Origin: an uncultured Verrucomicrobiae bacterium
GTDB taxonomy: Bacteria > Verrucomicrobiota > Verrucomicrobiia > Chthoniobacterales > Chthoniobacteraceae
Direction of reading: 5' to 3'
DNA: 64,000 nucleotides
Assembly: GCA_963769025.1 (NCBI GenBank)
Contig: CAVYKI010000006.1
Coordinates: 192,001 to 256,000 of the forward strand
Both the position numbers and the translations under genes were made by a program. Numbering within the stretch: position 1 is the stretch's first letter; every line of letters begins with the position of its first letter. The notes under the pieces were generated by a model that was not told where the DNA came from, did not search any database, and worked only from the letters and a program-made list of their open reading frames with translations. Shown piece by piece: positions 29,297 to 39,919 of the stretch.

Positions 29297-32032
29297 TCAG
29301 CGTTCGTAGCGTCGGGCGGCCGGGTTCAACACACCGCCGGTGGCAGGCGCGGTGGTCTGGATTGCCCGGTAATGGGTGGTCTCCAAGGGGCGGTAGGTCT
29401 TGCCTCCGATGTCAGGCAGCATCGGTGGAGCGATTTCCGGCAGCGGCAGCGCCTCCACGGATTCTTCCTTTTCCTCGTCCGAAGTAATCGGCGCACCCTC
29501 GGGATTCACGAGTCTGGCCGTCACGAAAATGACGAGGTTTTTCTTGATGTGCTGGTCCACATTCGAGCGGAACAGGCGTCCGACGAGCGGGATGTCTCCC
29601 AAGATCGGCGTCTTGTCCTCGACCTTCTGGACGTCCTCTCGCACGAGTCCGCCAAGGACGACCGTCGCACCGTCAAATACCGTCACATTCGTGCTGACCT
29701 TGCGGGTGCTGAAGATCGGCTGGTTGATGACGTTGGGCGTGAGGACGTTGCGTGGTTGTCGCACCGGTGAGCGGGTTGGTGCTCGTGGTCTGAATCGGGC
29801 TTCCGTAGTTGATGAAGCCTTCGAATTCGACGACTTGCGGCGCGAGCTGCATGTCGATCGAGTAGCCATCGGGGCCGATCGTGGGCTCCACTTCGAGCGT
29901 CACACCGACATCGCGCTTTTCAAACGCAGTGGGTGTCGTCGGCGTGACCGGGAAGGCGCTGCTGCTCGAGCCGCCGCCGCACAACCGTCGTGCCACCGCG
30001 TGTTGCCGAAGGTCTGCGGGATCTGCGGCTGCGAAAACTCCGTCGGATACTTGAATTCGCGAATCACTTCGACGATCGCGCGCTGGCCGCTCTTGGTGGT
30101 CACACGCGGAGCGGAAAGGAGATCCACGCCCTTCTTCTGGTTCAGGCCGCGCATGACGAGCTGGAATGTGGGGTCGGTGCCCGATCCGATGAGCGACGCG
30201 ATGCCGGGTGCGCAGGCTGCTCGATCCGGTTGTGCCGGCGAGCAGGGCGTCAATGGCGTTTGCGCCGATGGCGAGGGAGCCGCTGCGGTTGCCCGAGGTC
30301 ACCATGCTGTCGCCGGTGTTGGTATTGAAGGGGAAGTCCTGGGCGTTGAAGGTCCTCTGGTTTCCAGTGGTGCCGCCTCCGGTGAACACGTTGAAGTTAT
30401 CTGGGGATGTTCGACTGCCCGAGCATCCAGTCAAAACTGAGCTCCTTGGTGTTGGTCTGCGAGATTTCGACGAACTTCGCCTGAATCTCGACCTGTTTGA
30501 CGACATCGGACTGCTGGATTTCGATGATGCGCTCGACCAGATCGAGCTGATCCTGGGTGTTCTTGACGATCAGCGAGCTGCTCACCGGGCTATACATTGC
30601 GAACGCTCCCTGGTTGAACGTCACGCCTGATGCCGCGAGGAAGTCCTTCGCGTTCGATGCGCCGGCAGTTCCCGCCCCTTCCATGGGAGCGCCTCCGGGA
30701 GGCGCGCCGAGGCCGCCGCCGCCGAGGGCACCACCGCCACCACCGCCGCCGGGGCCTCCACGGAGCAGGCTCGGCGGCACTTTCCATTCCTTGATGAAGA
30801 GTTCCTCGGTGATCGAGCCAATGGGCACAATCTGCACCGCAAATGGTTCAACCTTGTATTTCAGATTCGCGAGGTTGGTGATATACTTGATGACCTCGAT
30901 GAGCGGGACATTGTTCAGCGTCAGCGTAATTCGCGTGCCGCTGCCTCCGCCAGCCGGGGCACCGCCGCCGCCGGGGACGCCGGGGATGCCGGGAATATTG
31001 TCGAGCCCGGGAATGCCGCCCGGAGCAGGGGCTGGCGCAGGCGCCGGAGCAGGCGCAGCGCCACCACCTTCGTCGCCGAGCTTGAGCACGATGTTCACGC
31101 CCTGGTTTTCGGCATCCAGACTCTTTGATTTTGTGACGAGAAACTCGATGGCTTCGCGCACGGTCGAGTCACGGAAGTCGATCTTCGGAAAGATGATGCT
31201 GTTGAGCTTCTTGTTGATCGCGACGGTGCTCGGCGCGGTCGTCTTCGTGTCCGACTTGATTTCGACGGCCTTGCGATCGAAGCGGCGGTGGGGGCGCGCC
31301 CATTCCTTGTCCACTTCCCACATCGCCTGGGCGCGCGCCGCATCGTATCCAGCGCGTGCCGAACGGTCCTTGAGCATCGCGATTTCTTCGCGGCCCCTGT
31401 AGGCCGATGTGTTGTAAGGATCCTTGTCCAAGATCTCCTGGTATTTCCGGTCTGAGAGATCGTAGCGCCCGAGGTTCTTGTGGCCTTCGGCCTGGATGAA
31501 CAGCTGCTTTACGTCCTCGACCTTTGCGCGGTGCTGCGGGGTCACCTGCTTGTTGAAGTAATCCGGCGCCTCGATGTTGGCGAGCAGCCGCGTGACCGAG
31601 CCTTTCACAAACGGCCCTGCCGCACGGTCCCCGGGGTTTTGCCGGAGCACTTCCTGCAAAATCTGCACGGCGCTCGCGTAGTAACCTTCCGTGACGCGCT
31701 GCTCGGCGAGGCGCATGCCGGCGATGGTCAGGCCATCCTCGGCGGCCTTGCGGCTCACGGCGAGCGCAGGTGCGCCGGGCGCGATGTTATCGCACGCGTT
31801 CTTGAAGTGCGCGAATGCCGCTTCGTAATCCTTCTTGCGCAGTGCGGCGTGACCCTTGGCGGTTTCCTCGCGTCCGAGCACCTCGCGCTGCAGCCGGCGG
31901 GCCATCTCGCGGTTGACGGCGGCTTCCGTCGGAGCCGCCTCCGAGATCTTGCGCCCACATCGCCGCGGGCTGGATGAGGATGCTTCCGATGACAAGGGGG
32001 GCGATGGATGCAGCAAGAGGGGTTCGGATCAT
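29297..32032 (-). CDS. Secretin (PilQ/GspD superfamily, Amuc_1098-like); several indels
   Basis: Signal peptide, TPR-like N-region, IIFPKIDFRDSTVREAIEFL, QVEIQAKFVEI, DLLSAPRVTTKSGQ, DVGVTLEVEP, DGATVVLGGL, KTPILGDIPLVGRLF. Confidence 0.93.
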
Positions 32033-32119
32033 GGTTGGTTCTCGGTGTTGGTTGGCTGGAATGCGGGCGGACTTGCGGATCTGAGTCACTGGCGGGGAAC
32101 GGCGGTGTCGTGTGGCTGG

Positions 32120-33179
32120 CTATTTCGCTGGGGTCAAGATCTTCTTCGTGCCGTCGGGCAGTTCGATGGTTGCCTCCTGCCCCTTGATCTCAATGACGGT
32201 GTAAGTCTTGTCGAGCTCCGGCGGAAGCGTGAAGGTTTCAGTGCGGCGCTTTGAAAAATCGTCCGTTTTTTTACCGCCAGGCTTTACCCACTTGTAGTGG
32301 AAAATTGCGTAGGAATCCGGCGAGTCCACGATCTGCTTGAGAGGCAGCACCACTTTGGCGCCGGTCTCCTTGTTGACGATGGTCAGTTCGGAGACGTCTT
32401 TCATCGTTCCGTCTTTGTCCGGGATCTCCTTATGCTCGAACGAATCGAGTCTTGAATTTGGTTCCCGGAATATCTTCGCCGACCGGGAGGAACAGCGTCT
32501 TGTTACCGCGGTCGATGGTGTTGATCTGCACCGTGGTATCGGACGGCTTTTTTGGCTTCCCGCCCGGGGCCGGCAAGTCGTAGGACATCAGCCGGAGACG
32601 GAAGGGAATATAGACGACCTTCGCGAGTTCGAGCTTCGTGTGATAAGCCGGGTGGGAAACCGCCTTGGTCGGGTCGGTCGAGTCATCCGGCAGCGGCTTG
32701 CCGTCGGCCCCCATCACAGGCTCGCCATTGTTGTCCAAATGCGAGCGGGCATCGAGGCCCACGAACTCTTCGAGGGTTGTGAAGCCGTCCTCGTCGGGGT
32801 CTTCACCCAGTACGGAGGCGGCGAGCACATTCAGCCCGTACCGCTCGAGCCAATCATTGGGAACCGGGGGATGGAACATCTTCCCGATCGACTGCTCCAG
32901 CTTTCCGTCATGGAGCACGTAGAGCTTGCTGACAAATAGCTTTCCGGAGTTGTCCGCGGGCTGCCACTTGATTGGCGCTTCGATGGCCGCGCGCGCCGCG
33001 TCGATCGCCTCGGTGTTGAGCTTGTCCACCGGGGTATTGGAAACCGCTGTGCCTCGGATGCTGTCGAAGTTCGCATCGAAGGCTGAGATTTTCGTATACA
33101 GAAGCGCGGTCAGCGCGATGGCAAGGATCGCCACAATCGCGAGGGTAAACTGGGCCGGGTTTTTCTTGATCCAGTCCAT
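32120..33179 (-). CDS. Amuc_1099-like pilus-system protein (indel near 32440)
   Basis: MDWIKKN + TM; HPPVPNDWLERYGL..DPDEDGFTTLEE..TDPT Ca-binding-like repeat; DVSELTI..LPLKQIVDSP; position in the cluster. Confidence 0.8.
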
Positions 33180-33181
33180 CG

Positions 33182-34198
33182 TTACTTGTCCTTTTTCTTG
33201 CTGCCCTTCTCGGGTTTTTCGGATTTTGGCTTTGGCTCCTCGATGTTCAGGATCTCGAGTTCAAGAGCGGTCATGATTTTCTCGGTGCCGAACACATAGG
33301 TCAGCGGTCCTTCGTGCGCCGTCGGAGCGGGCACGGCCGGTGCAGGCGAAGGTGCAGGCACAGCAGGGATCGCGGGCGTCTCGGGAGGGGGCGGCTGATC
33401 GGGTGCGGCAGGTGCGGCGGGGACAGGCGGCGGTGGCGGTGCTGCACCCAGGCGCGGCGGCGACTCCATCTGCTTGTTTTGCACCGACATGTTGCGGATG
33501 ACGAAAAGCTGGGTCTTGTCGTTCGCGAGATCGGTCAGGATTTTTCGGAGCGATTCGTCGGACGAGGTGAATTTGATGCTGAGCCTGCTCCGCTCGATCG
33601 GCCCGTGGTCGGATCGGTCGGCGCCACCTCGCTTTCTGGCCGCACCGGCCTGTCCCTCCTCGGGCAGCGGCTCGCGGTCAAATTTTTCCAAGTCCACACT
33701 GCCGGTCTTGATGAGGACATTCATCACCAGGCCGATGGCTTGGAGTTCGCGCGCGAGCAGTGGCGCGGCTGCCTCCGTGGGTGGCGCGGATTGGTACCTG
33801 TCGAAGCCGAGGTAGAAGTTTTTCGGCAGCTCAACCCGTGCGGCGGCGGCCTTGGCGGCGACTTGCGCGACGGTGTCCTTCAGCTTGTCCTGGAACTGCG
33901 CCGGCTTCACCGGTTCGGCAGGCAGCGGCAGCACACGGGACTTCAGTTCCTTTTGCAAGTCGGCGATTTTGCCGCCGAGTTCATCCTTCTGCGCGAGCAA
34001 CTCCTTGAGGTTGCGATCGGTCAGTGCGGGCTTGGTGTCCTGTAGCCTTCTGAGCTGCGAGGCCGCGCTCTCGAAATTCCCTGTGGCCTCGTCATACTTG
34101 TCCATCGCGGCGTAGGTGAGGTAGCCGAGGGTGCCGACGCCCACGAACATCACGACGCCGAAACCGGTCAGGAATTTGTTTTCGGAAGCCCAGCTCAT
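33182..34198 (-). CDS. Amuc_1100-like pilus-associated protein (PilO-like position)
   Basis: MSWASENK + TM + coiled coil; PAQFQDKLK, YLGFDRYQSAPP..AAPLLARELQAI, REPLPEE, Pro/Ala linker, FGTEKI; matches my recollection of the Amuc_1100 layout. Confidence 0.85.
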   Translation of the reverse strand: MSWASENKFLTGFGVVMFVGVGTLGYLTYAAMDKYDEATGNFESAASQLRRLQDTKPALTDRNLKELLAQKDELGGKIADLQKELKSRVLPLPAEPVKPAQFQDKLKDTVAQVAAKAAAARVELPKNFYLGFDRYQSAPPTEAAAPLLARELQAIGLVMNVLIKTGSVDLEKFDREPLPEEGQAGAARKRGGADRSDHGPIERSRLSIKFTSSDESLRKILTDLANDKTQLFVIRNMSVQNKQMESPPRLGAAPPPPPVPAAPAAPDQPPPPETPAIPAVPAPSPAPAVPAPTAHEGPLTYVFGTEKIMTALELEILNIEEPKPKSEKPEKGSKKKDK

Positions 34199-35968
34199 TG
34201 GAAGTCGATCGGTTTTGTGAGTTTCAAGGGCAGGACAAACTTGAAGGCCCAGTCGGATGTGTCGTCGCTCGCGCGGACATAGCCCGCGGCGGCCTCCTCG
34301 ACCGGCTGGACATGCTTTGAATCCTTCAGCTTGGTGATGAATTCATCCACCACAGCCGGTCCGGCGTTGTTCCCTGCGTCGCGGCTCAGGTAGAGGCCTT
34401 TGACCATGAGAATGACGGATGGTGCCGCGCGCTCGTTGCCTCTGTTTCCGCCGCCCGGGCGGGATCGGGCGGAACCCGGTGCATTCGCTGGCGGAGCCTC
34501 CGGTGGCTCGATTTCCCGCTTTGCGGGCGTCCTTCCCGGCGAGTTCGAGGCTGGTGACCCAGATGAAGTCCTTCGGGAGTCGCTGATTGATGTCGGCGAG
34601 AAGATCGACCCAGTATTCGCGTTCCTTCGAGATTTTTTCGAGCGGCAGCGCGGATGACGCGAGCTGGTCGAGTTCGCTCCGGACGGACTTCATCCGGGCT
34701 TCCATCGTCTTGAGCGGCTCAGCTTTTGAGCTGAGTGTTTGCTCCACCTCCTCGGTGGCGACAGCGGCGCGCTCGTAGTATTGCCACCACGCGCCGATAG
34801 TCGCGAGGGCGCACACGCCCGCGGCGATGACGTAGGGACGCTGAGCGGCGCGCTTCTCCGCCTTTGCCACGCTGACCGGGCGCAGGTTGAGCTCCATCGG
34901 GCAACTGCCGAGCCCGCGCAGTGCGAGGCCCACGAGTTCGCCGAGGGTGTGGCTGGCGCGGCCGAGTTCGTCCGTGTTGGCGGAATCCGCGACGGCGACA
35001 TTGCGGAGCGGATTGAAGTAGTCCACTTCCATGCCCGGGAATTTTTCCTGAAAAAACTCGCGGATGTACGGCAGCGAAGCGGTGCCGCCGGCGATGAGCA
35101 CGCGCACGGGCTGGGAGCCGCCATGCTCGCTGCGGTAGAAAGTGATGCTGCGGGCGATTTCCTGATGCAGCCGCGTCATCTGGTTTCGCGTGATTTTGGA
35201 AATGCGCGCGATCTCCGCGTCGTCCGGCTCGGCGTAGGTGCCGCCGAGGCTCACGAAGCCGTCCTTCACCTTGCGCGCCTCCGCCTCGGCAAACGAGCAG
35301 CTGAAATCCTTCGCGATGGCCGTGGTGATCGAGCTGCCGCCGATGTTCAGCCGGCGGGGGAAAATCTTGCCCGGCTCGCAGAACAGCAGGTTCGTCGTCC
35401 GCGAACCGATGTCGAGCAGGATGGTGCATCCCTCGGCGTCCGGGTAATTGTAGCGGAGCGCATTGTAGAGCGCCATCGGCGCGATATCGACGACCAGGGG
35501 TTTCATCCCGCCCGCCTGCGCGGAGGCGTTGATGTCATCGAGGAGATCCGATTTGATCGCTGCGAGGATCACCTCGACCTGGCTGCCGTCGCCCGCGTCG
35601 AGTAACTGCCAGTCCCACACCACTTCGTCGATCGGGTAGGGGACGTTCTGCTGTGCCTCGAAGCCCACGATCTGCTCGACCTGCGACGCCTCGCCGACGC
35701 TGGGCAGCGTGACCGGACGAGTGAAAATGACGTGCGACGCGATGGCGTAATTGACGCCCCGGCCCTTGAGGCCGAGTTCGCCGACCAGTTGCTCGACCTG
35801 AAGCTTTGTCTGCAGCGAGCGGGTGGGGTCCGCAGCAGGATCGCCGAGGATTTCCGCCTGCTTAAGCATCGTCAGGACCAGGCCGCCGTCAGAATTTCTC
35901 TGAAACTCGGCGAGACTGATCGTCTGCGTGCCGAGGTTCAGGGCGAGGATTCCTTTTTGGGCGGCCAT
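34195..35968 (-). CDS. pilM: PilM-like actin-fold protein fused to a PilN-like C-terminus (Amuc_1101-like); indels near 34400-34500
   Basis: LALNLGTQT, FEAQQNVPYPIDEVVWDW, LLDIGSRTTN, IGGSSIT, LIAGG, YFNP, ELNLRP + TM + coiled coil + LPKDFIWVTSL. Confidence 0.9.
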
Positions 35969-35990
35969 TCGTATCCGGTTGAGGTGTTGC

Positions 35991-36563
35991 TTAGCGGCTT
36001 GGGAGCTTCACCGCTTCGTAGCGGTCCGTCCAGAGCACGCTGAACGGCGTCTCGGACTTGGGGGTGAGCAATCCGGGGAACTGCGGGAGATTCGGGACGG
36101 CCCTCGCGTTCTTGTCCTTCAGTGAGGAAAGGGCCAGCGCCTGACCCTGCTTGGAAATCGTGATCCAGATGTTTTCAATCATCGCCGCGTTCAACTGCTT
36201 CCCCGCAGTGATCCGGTCGAGATTGCGCGGCGAGATGTACATCACCGTGTAGCGTTCCCTTCCCTTCGGGATGTTCACGTGGGTGACCTCCCCGGGATAG
36301 AGCTTGCCGCTGATCAAGACATCGAACTTGAACGTCAGTTCGTCCACCAGCTCGACGCCCGCGATTTCGAACTCCACCTCGATTTCGAGCCACTTCTGCA
36401 GCGTGGAGCGTTTCGGCGGGGTGTTGGTAATCGTGAACTCGGGCGTGCCGACTACGGCGGGCGCGATTTTCTCGATTTTCACATTCCGGGCTGTGACCAC
36501 CACCGGCACCTGGCCGAGGCTGGCGGCAGTGAGGGCGGCAAAGACGAATGCAAAAACTTTCAT
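35991..36563 (-). CDS. Amuc_1102-like exported pilus-system protein
   Basis: Signal peptide; TPEF..KWLEIEVEF..VTHVNIPKG..MYISPR..LLTPKSETPFSVLWTDRYE; first gene of the cluster. Confidence 0.8.
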   Translation of the reverse strand: MKVFAFVFAALTAASLGQVPVVVTARNVKIEKIAPAVVGTPEFTITNTPPKRSTLQKWLEIEVEFEIAGVELVDELTFKFDVLISGKLYPGEVTHVNIPKGRERYTVMYISPRNLDRITAGKQLNAAMIENIWITISKQGQALALSSLKDKNARAVPNLPQFPGLLTPKSETPFSVLWTDRYEAVKLPSR

Positions 36564-36665
36564 GTTCGATGGGTGGGGGGGCGTTCCTGATGGATGAACT
36601 TCAAGGGTCTTTCTTCCGCAACTGCTCCGGGATGAAAAGGAAAATTTGCGATGCTCACTAAGATT

Positions 36666-37493
36666 TTATTTACCACCGGCATCGTCTGCCTCCGCGTGCG
36701 GTGTCCCTGCGCCGATGGTCGCGCGGATTTGCAACGCCGCTCCGCCGGTGAGTGCGACATCGGACGGCTGGAGCCCGGAGGGCAAAAACGACCGGATGGA
36801 AAGGACGCGCCCCTCGAGTTCCGCGAGCCGCGGACGCAGTTGCGCCGCCGCGAGATTCGCGATCATCCCGTCGCCGGTGCACGTGGACTCCGTGAGGCGG
36901 AGGTTGAAGTCCCCGTCGAGCGCGATGCGGCCGCGGATCGTCAGCGTCGCGGTGAAAAACATCGCCTTCGCGACTGCGACGGCCGTCACAGCGAGTTGGC
37001 GCGGGTTTTCCGCTTCGAGGGTGAGGCGCACCGATTCGACCTCCGCGCCGTGCTTCGACGCGGCGTCGCGTGCGAGACCGAGCAGCGCGGCTTCCATGTC
37101 CGAGGTGGCTGCCGCCGCGTCCAACGTTCCGCTCGCGCACTTCTGCAGCCACGCGGCGCGTGTTTCTCCGGCGGTGACGCCGAACGCGAAGACGCAGGCG
37201 TCGGCGCGGAACCTCACCCTCAACGGAATCCCTGCGAGCAACGCCGGTTCCGCGGTGACCTCAAGCACGCGCGCGAAACAGCCTCCGGCCGGATTCTCCG
37301 GTGCCGGCGCCGGCGGCGCCTGCCCGTCGAGGTGGACGCCCGTCAGGTTCATGCGGATGGCCTCAAGCGACGGGAAATCCCCGTCGATCGTTACCGAGCC
37401 TTCGCCCGCTCCCCGAGCTTCCGCGCCATGCGAGAGCGCGGCGCGGAGGGTTTGCGTGTCATGTGGAAATGCGTCACCGCCGAGAAAAAACAT
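36666..37493 (-). CDS. Hypothetical protein (beta-rich, loosely DUF2993/LmeA-like)
   Basis: Long protein-like ORF with ATG at 37493; the family resemblance is weak. Confidence 0.65.
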   Translation of the reverse strand: MFFLGGDAFPHDTQTLRAALSHGAEARGAGEGSVTIDGDFPSLEAIRMNLTGVHLDGQAPPAPAPENPAGGCFARVLEVTAEPALLAGIPLRVRFRADACVFAFGVTAGETRAAWLQKCASGTLDAAAATSDMEAALLGLARDAASKHGAEVESVRLTLEAENPRQLAVTAVAVAKAMFFTATLTIRGRIALDGDFNLRLTESTCTGDGMIANLAAAQLRPRLAELEGRVLSIRSFLPSGLQPSDVALTGGAALQIRATIGAGTPHAEADDAGGK

Positions 37494-37603
37494 CAGCGCC
37501 TTGTCGTGCTCATGCACCTTTCGCGCAATGCGAAATCGCGCCGCGTGCGAAATCTCCTCCTTCGTTCGCAATGGCAGCACATTTTGCGTTTCCCGCCCTT
37601 CGG

Positions 37604-37744
37604 TTTTGAACGCCGCCGCGTGCCCGCGCACCTTCCGGGTTTCCTCCGCCCCGGATGCTTCCTCGGCAGCGGCGAAAATGACGCTGCCTAATGTTGCATT
37701 AGGCAAATCGCCATCCGCCACTCTCGGGATGCGGCGGTTCAAAA
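37604..37744. repeat. Nested inverted-repeat element in an intergenic region
   Basis: Outer arms TTTTGAACGCCGC / GCGGCGGTTCAAAA; inner perfect palindrome TGCCTAATG-TTG-CATTAGGCA (37685-37705). Confidence 0.55.
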
Positions 37745-37794
37745 GCACGGTCCTCTCATCGAAGAGCACCGGTACGGGGCCTGCGGGCCGGCTG

Positions 37795-38304
37795 CTACTT
37801 CGCAGCGCCCTTCATCGATTGCATGAATTTCCCGAGCTTGTCGCTGCTCTCCTTTGGGAGCGTCTCCGGGTCCGCCACGATGATGTTTCCCAGCACCGCG
37901 TGGTCCTTGCCTCCCTTGAACAGTACGAAGATGCACATTGCGGGCTTGTCCTCAATCTTCGCGACGTAGGTGGCGAGGTATCCCGTCAGCCCGTCCTCGG
38001 TGTGCTCCTTTGCTTTCTCGGTGACGACCGCGTCCTTCAAGTCTTTCACCATGGCGGGCAGCATTTCCGCAAACACTTCCATGGTCGCCTCGACGGGCAC
38101 CGACGCGAAATTCACGGAAATCCGCCCGTCCGGCGAGTTGATCGAGATGCTGCCATCTGTCTCATCGACCTCGGTCTCCCATTTTTCGGGCGCCTCATAC
38201 TTGAGAACGGGATTCTTTTTGGGGTATGACTCCTCGCCCGCCGACATCGGCAAGAGAAAAGGGAAGGCGAAGAGCGTAGCGAAGAGGCAGAGTGTTTTGT
38301 TCAT
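37795..38304 (-). CDS. Hypothetical exported protein (PsbP/DcrB-like alpha/beta sandwich possible)
   Basis: Signal peptide MNKTLCLFATLFAFPFLLPMSA; YEAPEKWE motif. Confidence 0.8.
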   Translation of the reverse strand: MNKTLCLFATLFAFPFLLPMSAGEESYPKKNPVLKYEAPEKWETEVDETDGSISINSPDGRISVNFASVPVEATMEVFAEMLPAMVKDLKDAVVTEKAKEHTEDGLTGYLATYVAKIEDKPAMCIFVLFKGGKDHAVLGNIIVADPETLPKESSDKLGKFMQSMKGAAK

Positions 38305-38544
38305 AAGAAATTGCAGATTCGGTGTTTGGCGCGGCCCTTGGAAACGTTGGCATCGGCTGCTGTCAATGAGGAACACACTCCGGCTACTGATTTGCGACGA
38401 CGGGAAGCCGCGCAACGATCGTGATCGAGGCCTGAATGCGCATCCGAGCCCGTGATTTGACCGCGCATCATTGTCCCCTTCGGGGTTCAAAAGTGCGCCA
38501 TTCGCGCAGTCCGTGCTCGCTTATCCGCTAAACCGTGCTATGGG

Positions 38545-38991
38545 ATGCGGATGAAGCTAAATTTCAAATTCTCCCTTCGCGGTCCAGATCGGGTATCAGA
38601 GGAACTTGCAACGGTGCTTTCGAAAAAGGGGGCGTGGGAGTTTAAGGAGCTTTTTGAGATGGTTCACACGAACCTTCGTTCCAAGGACTTGGCGCGGGGC
38701 GGGGACGAGATGCTCCGCCTGCGGGCTCATGAGAAGCTGCAGAACTTCCTCTTTGCCGGCATCGTGACGAAAAAAGGCAAGGCCTACAGCGGAGTGCCGA
38801 AGGCGCTGGAGGCGTTCTTCAAGACCGCAGCCGAATTCAATGAGCGTTTTGCGACCGGAACGCACTGCCATCCTCCTTCCAAGGCCAAGGCCGCAGCCGC
38901 AGCCACCGCCCCGGCGGTGCCGGTCGCTCCCGTGGCCAAGGTCAAAAAGGCGAAGGCCGCGGCTCCCCGCAGGCAAAAGGCGCTGCGCTAG
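38545..38991 (+). CDS. Basic hypothetical protein, possible winged-helix domain with Ala/Lys/Pro tail
   Basis: Helical N-domain EFKELF..GGDEMLRLRAHEKLQN..GIVTKKGKAY; tail KAKAAAAATAPAVPVAPVAKVKKAKAAAPRRQK. Confidence 0.75.
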   Translation: MRMKLNFKFSLRGPDRVSEELATVLSKKGAWEFKELFEMVHTNLRSKDLARGGDEMLRLRAHEKLQNFLFAGIVTKKGKAYSGVPKALEAFFKTAAEFNERFATGTHCHPPSKAKAAAAATAPAVPVAPVAKVKKAKAAAPRRQKALR

Positions 38992-39064
38992 GCGCAGGGG
39001 CGCGTTGCCGTACCGTTCCTCGCAGCGGTAGGAAAAATCGGGCACGCGCTGCGTGCGCGTGCGC

Positions 39065-39913
39065 CTACAGCATCGCCTCGGCGAATTCGCGGCTGTCGAA
39101 GAACGCGAAGTCCTCGATCTTCTCGCCCGTGCCGATGAAGCGCGTGGGGATGCCGAGCTCGTCGCGGATGGCGACGACCACGCCGCCTTTGCCGGAACCG
39201 TCGAGCTTCGTGCAGATGATTCCGGTGAGATTTGCGGCGCTGTGGAATTCGCGGGCCTGGCTGACGGCGTTCGCGCCGGTGGTGGCGTCCACGACGAGCA
39301 GCGTTTCGTGCGGCGCGGAGGCGTCGGCCTTTTGCAGCACGCGCTTCACCTTGCCGAGCTCGGCCATGAGGTTGTGCTTCGTGTGCAGCCGCCCCGCGGT
39401 ATCGCAGAGGATGAACTCGATGTTCTCCTTTTCGGCCTTTTGATACGCGTCGTGGCAGAGCGCGGCGGGGTCGGCGTTGTACTGGCCTTTCACGATCGGT
39501 ACGCCGATGCGCTCGGCCCAGACGGCGAGTTGTTCGATCGCCGCTGCGCGAAACGTGTCGGCAGCTACGAGGAGCACGCTGTGCCCGCGCTTTTTCAAAA
39601 GGGCCGCGAGCTTCGCGGTGCTGGTGGTCTTGCCCGTGCCGTTCACGCCGACGATGAGGAGCACCTTCGGCTTCGAGGCGTGCGGGCGGAGCGTCCACGC
39701 GTCAGTCGGGAGGACCTTGATGATTTCCTCGCGCGCGACCGCCACGATGGAGTCGGCAGTGGGCTCATCCTCGCTCGCCTGCAGGGTCTTGAGGATGCGC
39801 TGCGTCATGCCGAGGCCGAGGTCGGCGCGGATGAGCGACTCTTCGAGGTCGTCCCAGTCCACGGGCTTGCCGGTGAACTTGGTCCAGATCTTTTTGAGGA
39901 AGCCGAGGGGCAT
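39065..39913 (-). CDS. ftsY: SRP receptor FtsY (short, NG domain only)
   Basis: GVNGTGKTT, DTFRAAAIEQL, DTAGRLH, TKLDGSGKGG, GTGEKIED. Confidence 0.98.
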   Translation of the reverse strand: MPLGFLKKIWTKFTGKPVDWDDLEESLIRADLGLGMTQRILKTLQASEDEPTADSIVAVAREEIIKVLPTDAWTLRPHASKPKVLLIVGVNGTGKTTSTAKLAALLKKRGHSVLLVAADTFRAAAIEQLAVWAERIGVPIVKGQYNADPAALCHDAYQKAEKENIEFILCDTAGRLHTKHNLMAELGKVKRVLQKADASAPHETLLVVDATTGANAVSQAREFHSAANLTGIICTKLDGSGKGGVVVAIRDELGIPTRFIGTGEKIEDFAFFDSREFAEAML

Positions 39914-39919
39914 GCGGGA

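Noticed and set aside
30690..31070. Gly/Pro/Ala tandem-like repeats (CCGCCG, GCAGG-type units)
   Set aside because: They encode low-complexity linkers within the secretin and are not a CRISPR array or a DNA repeat element.
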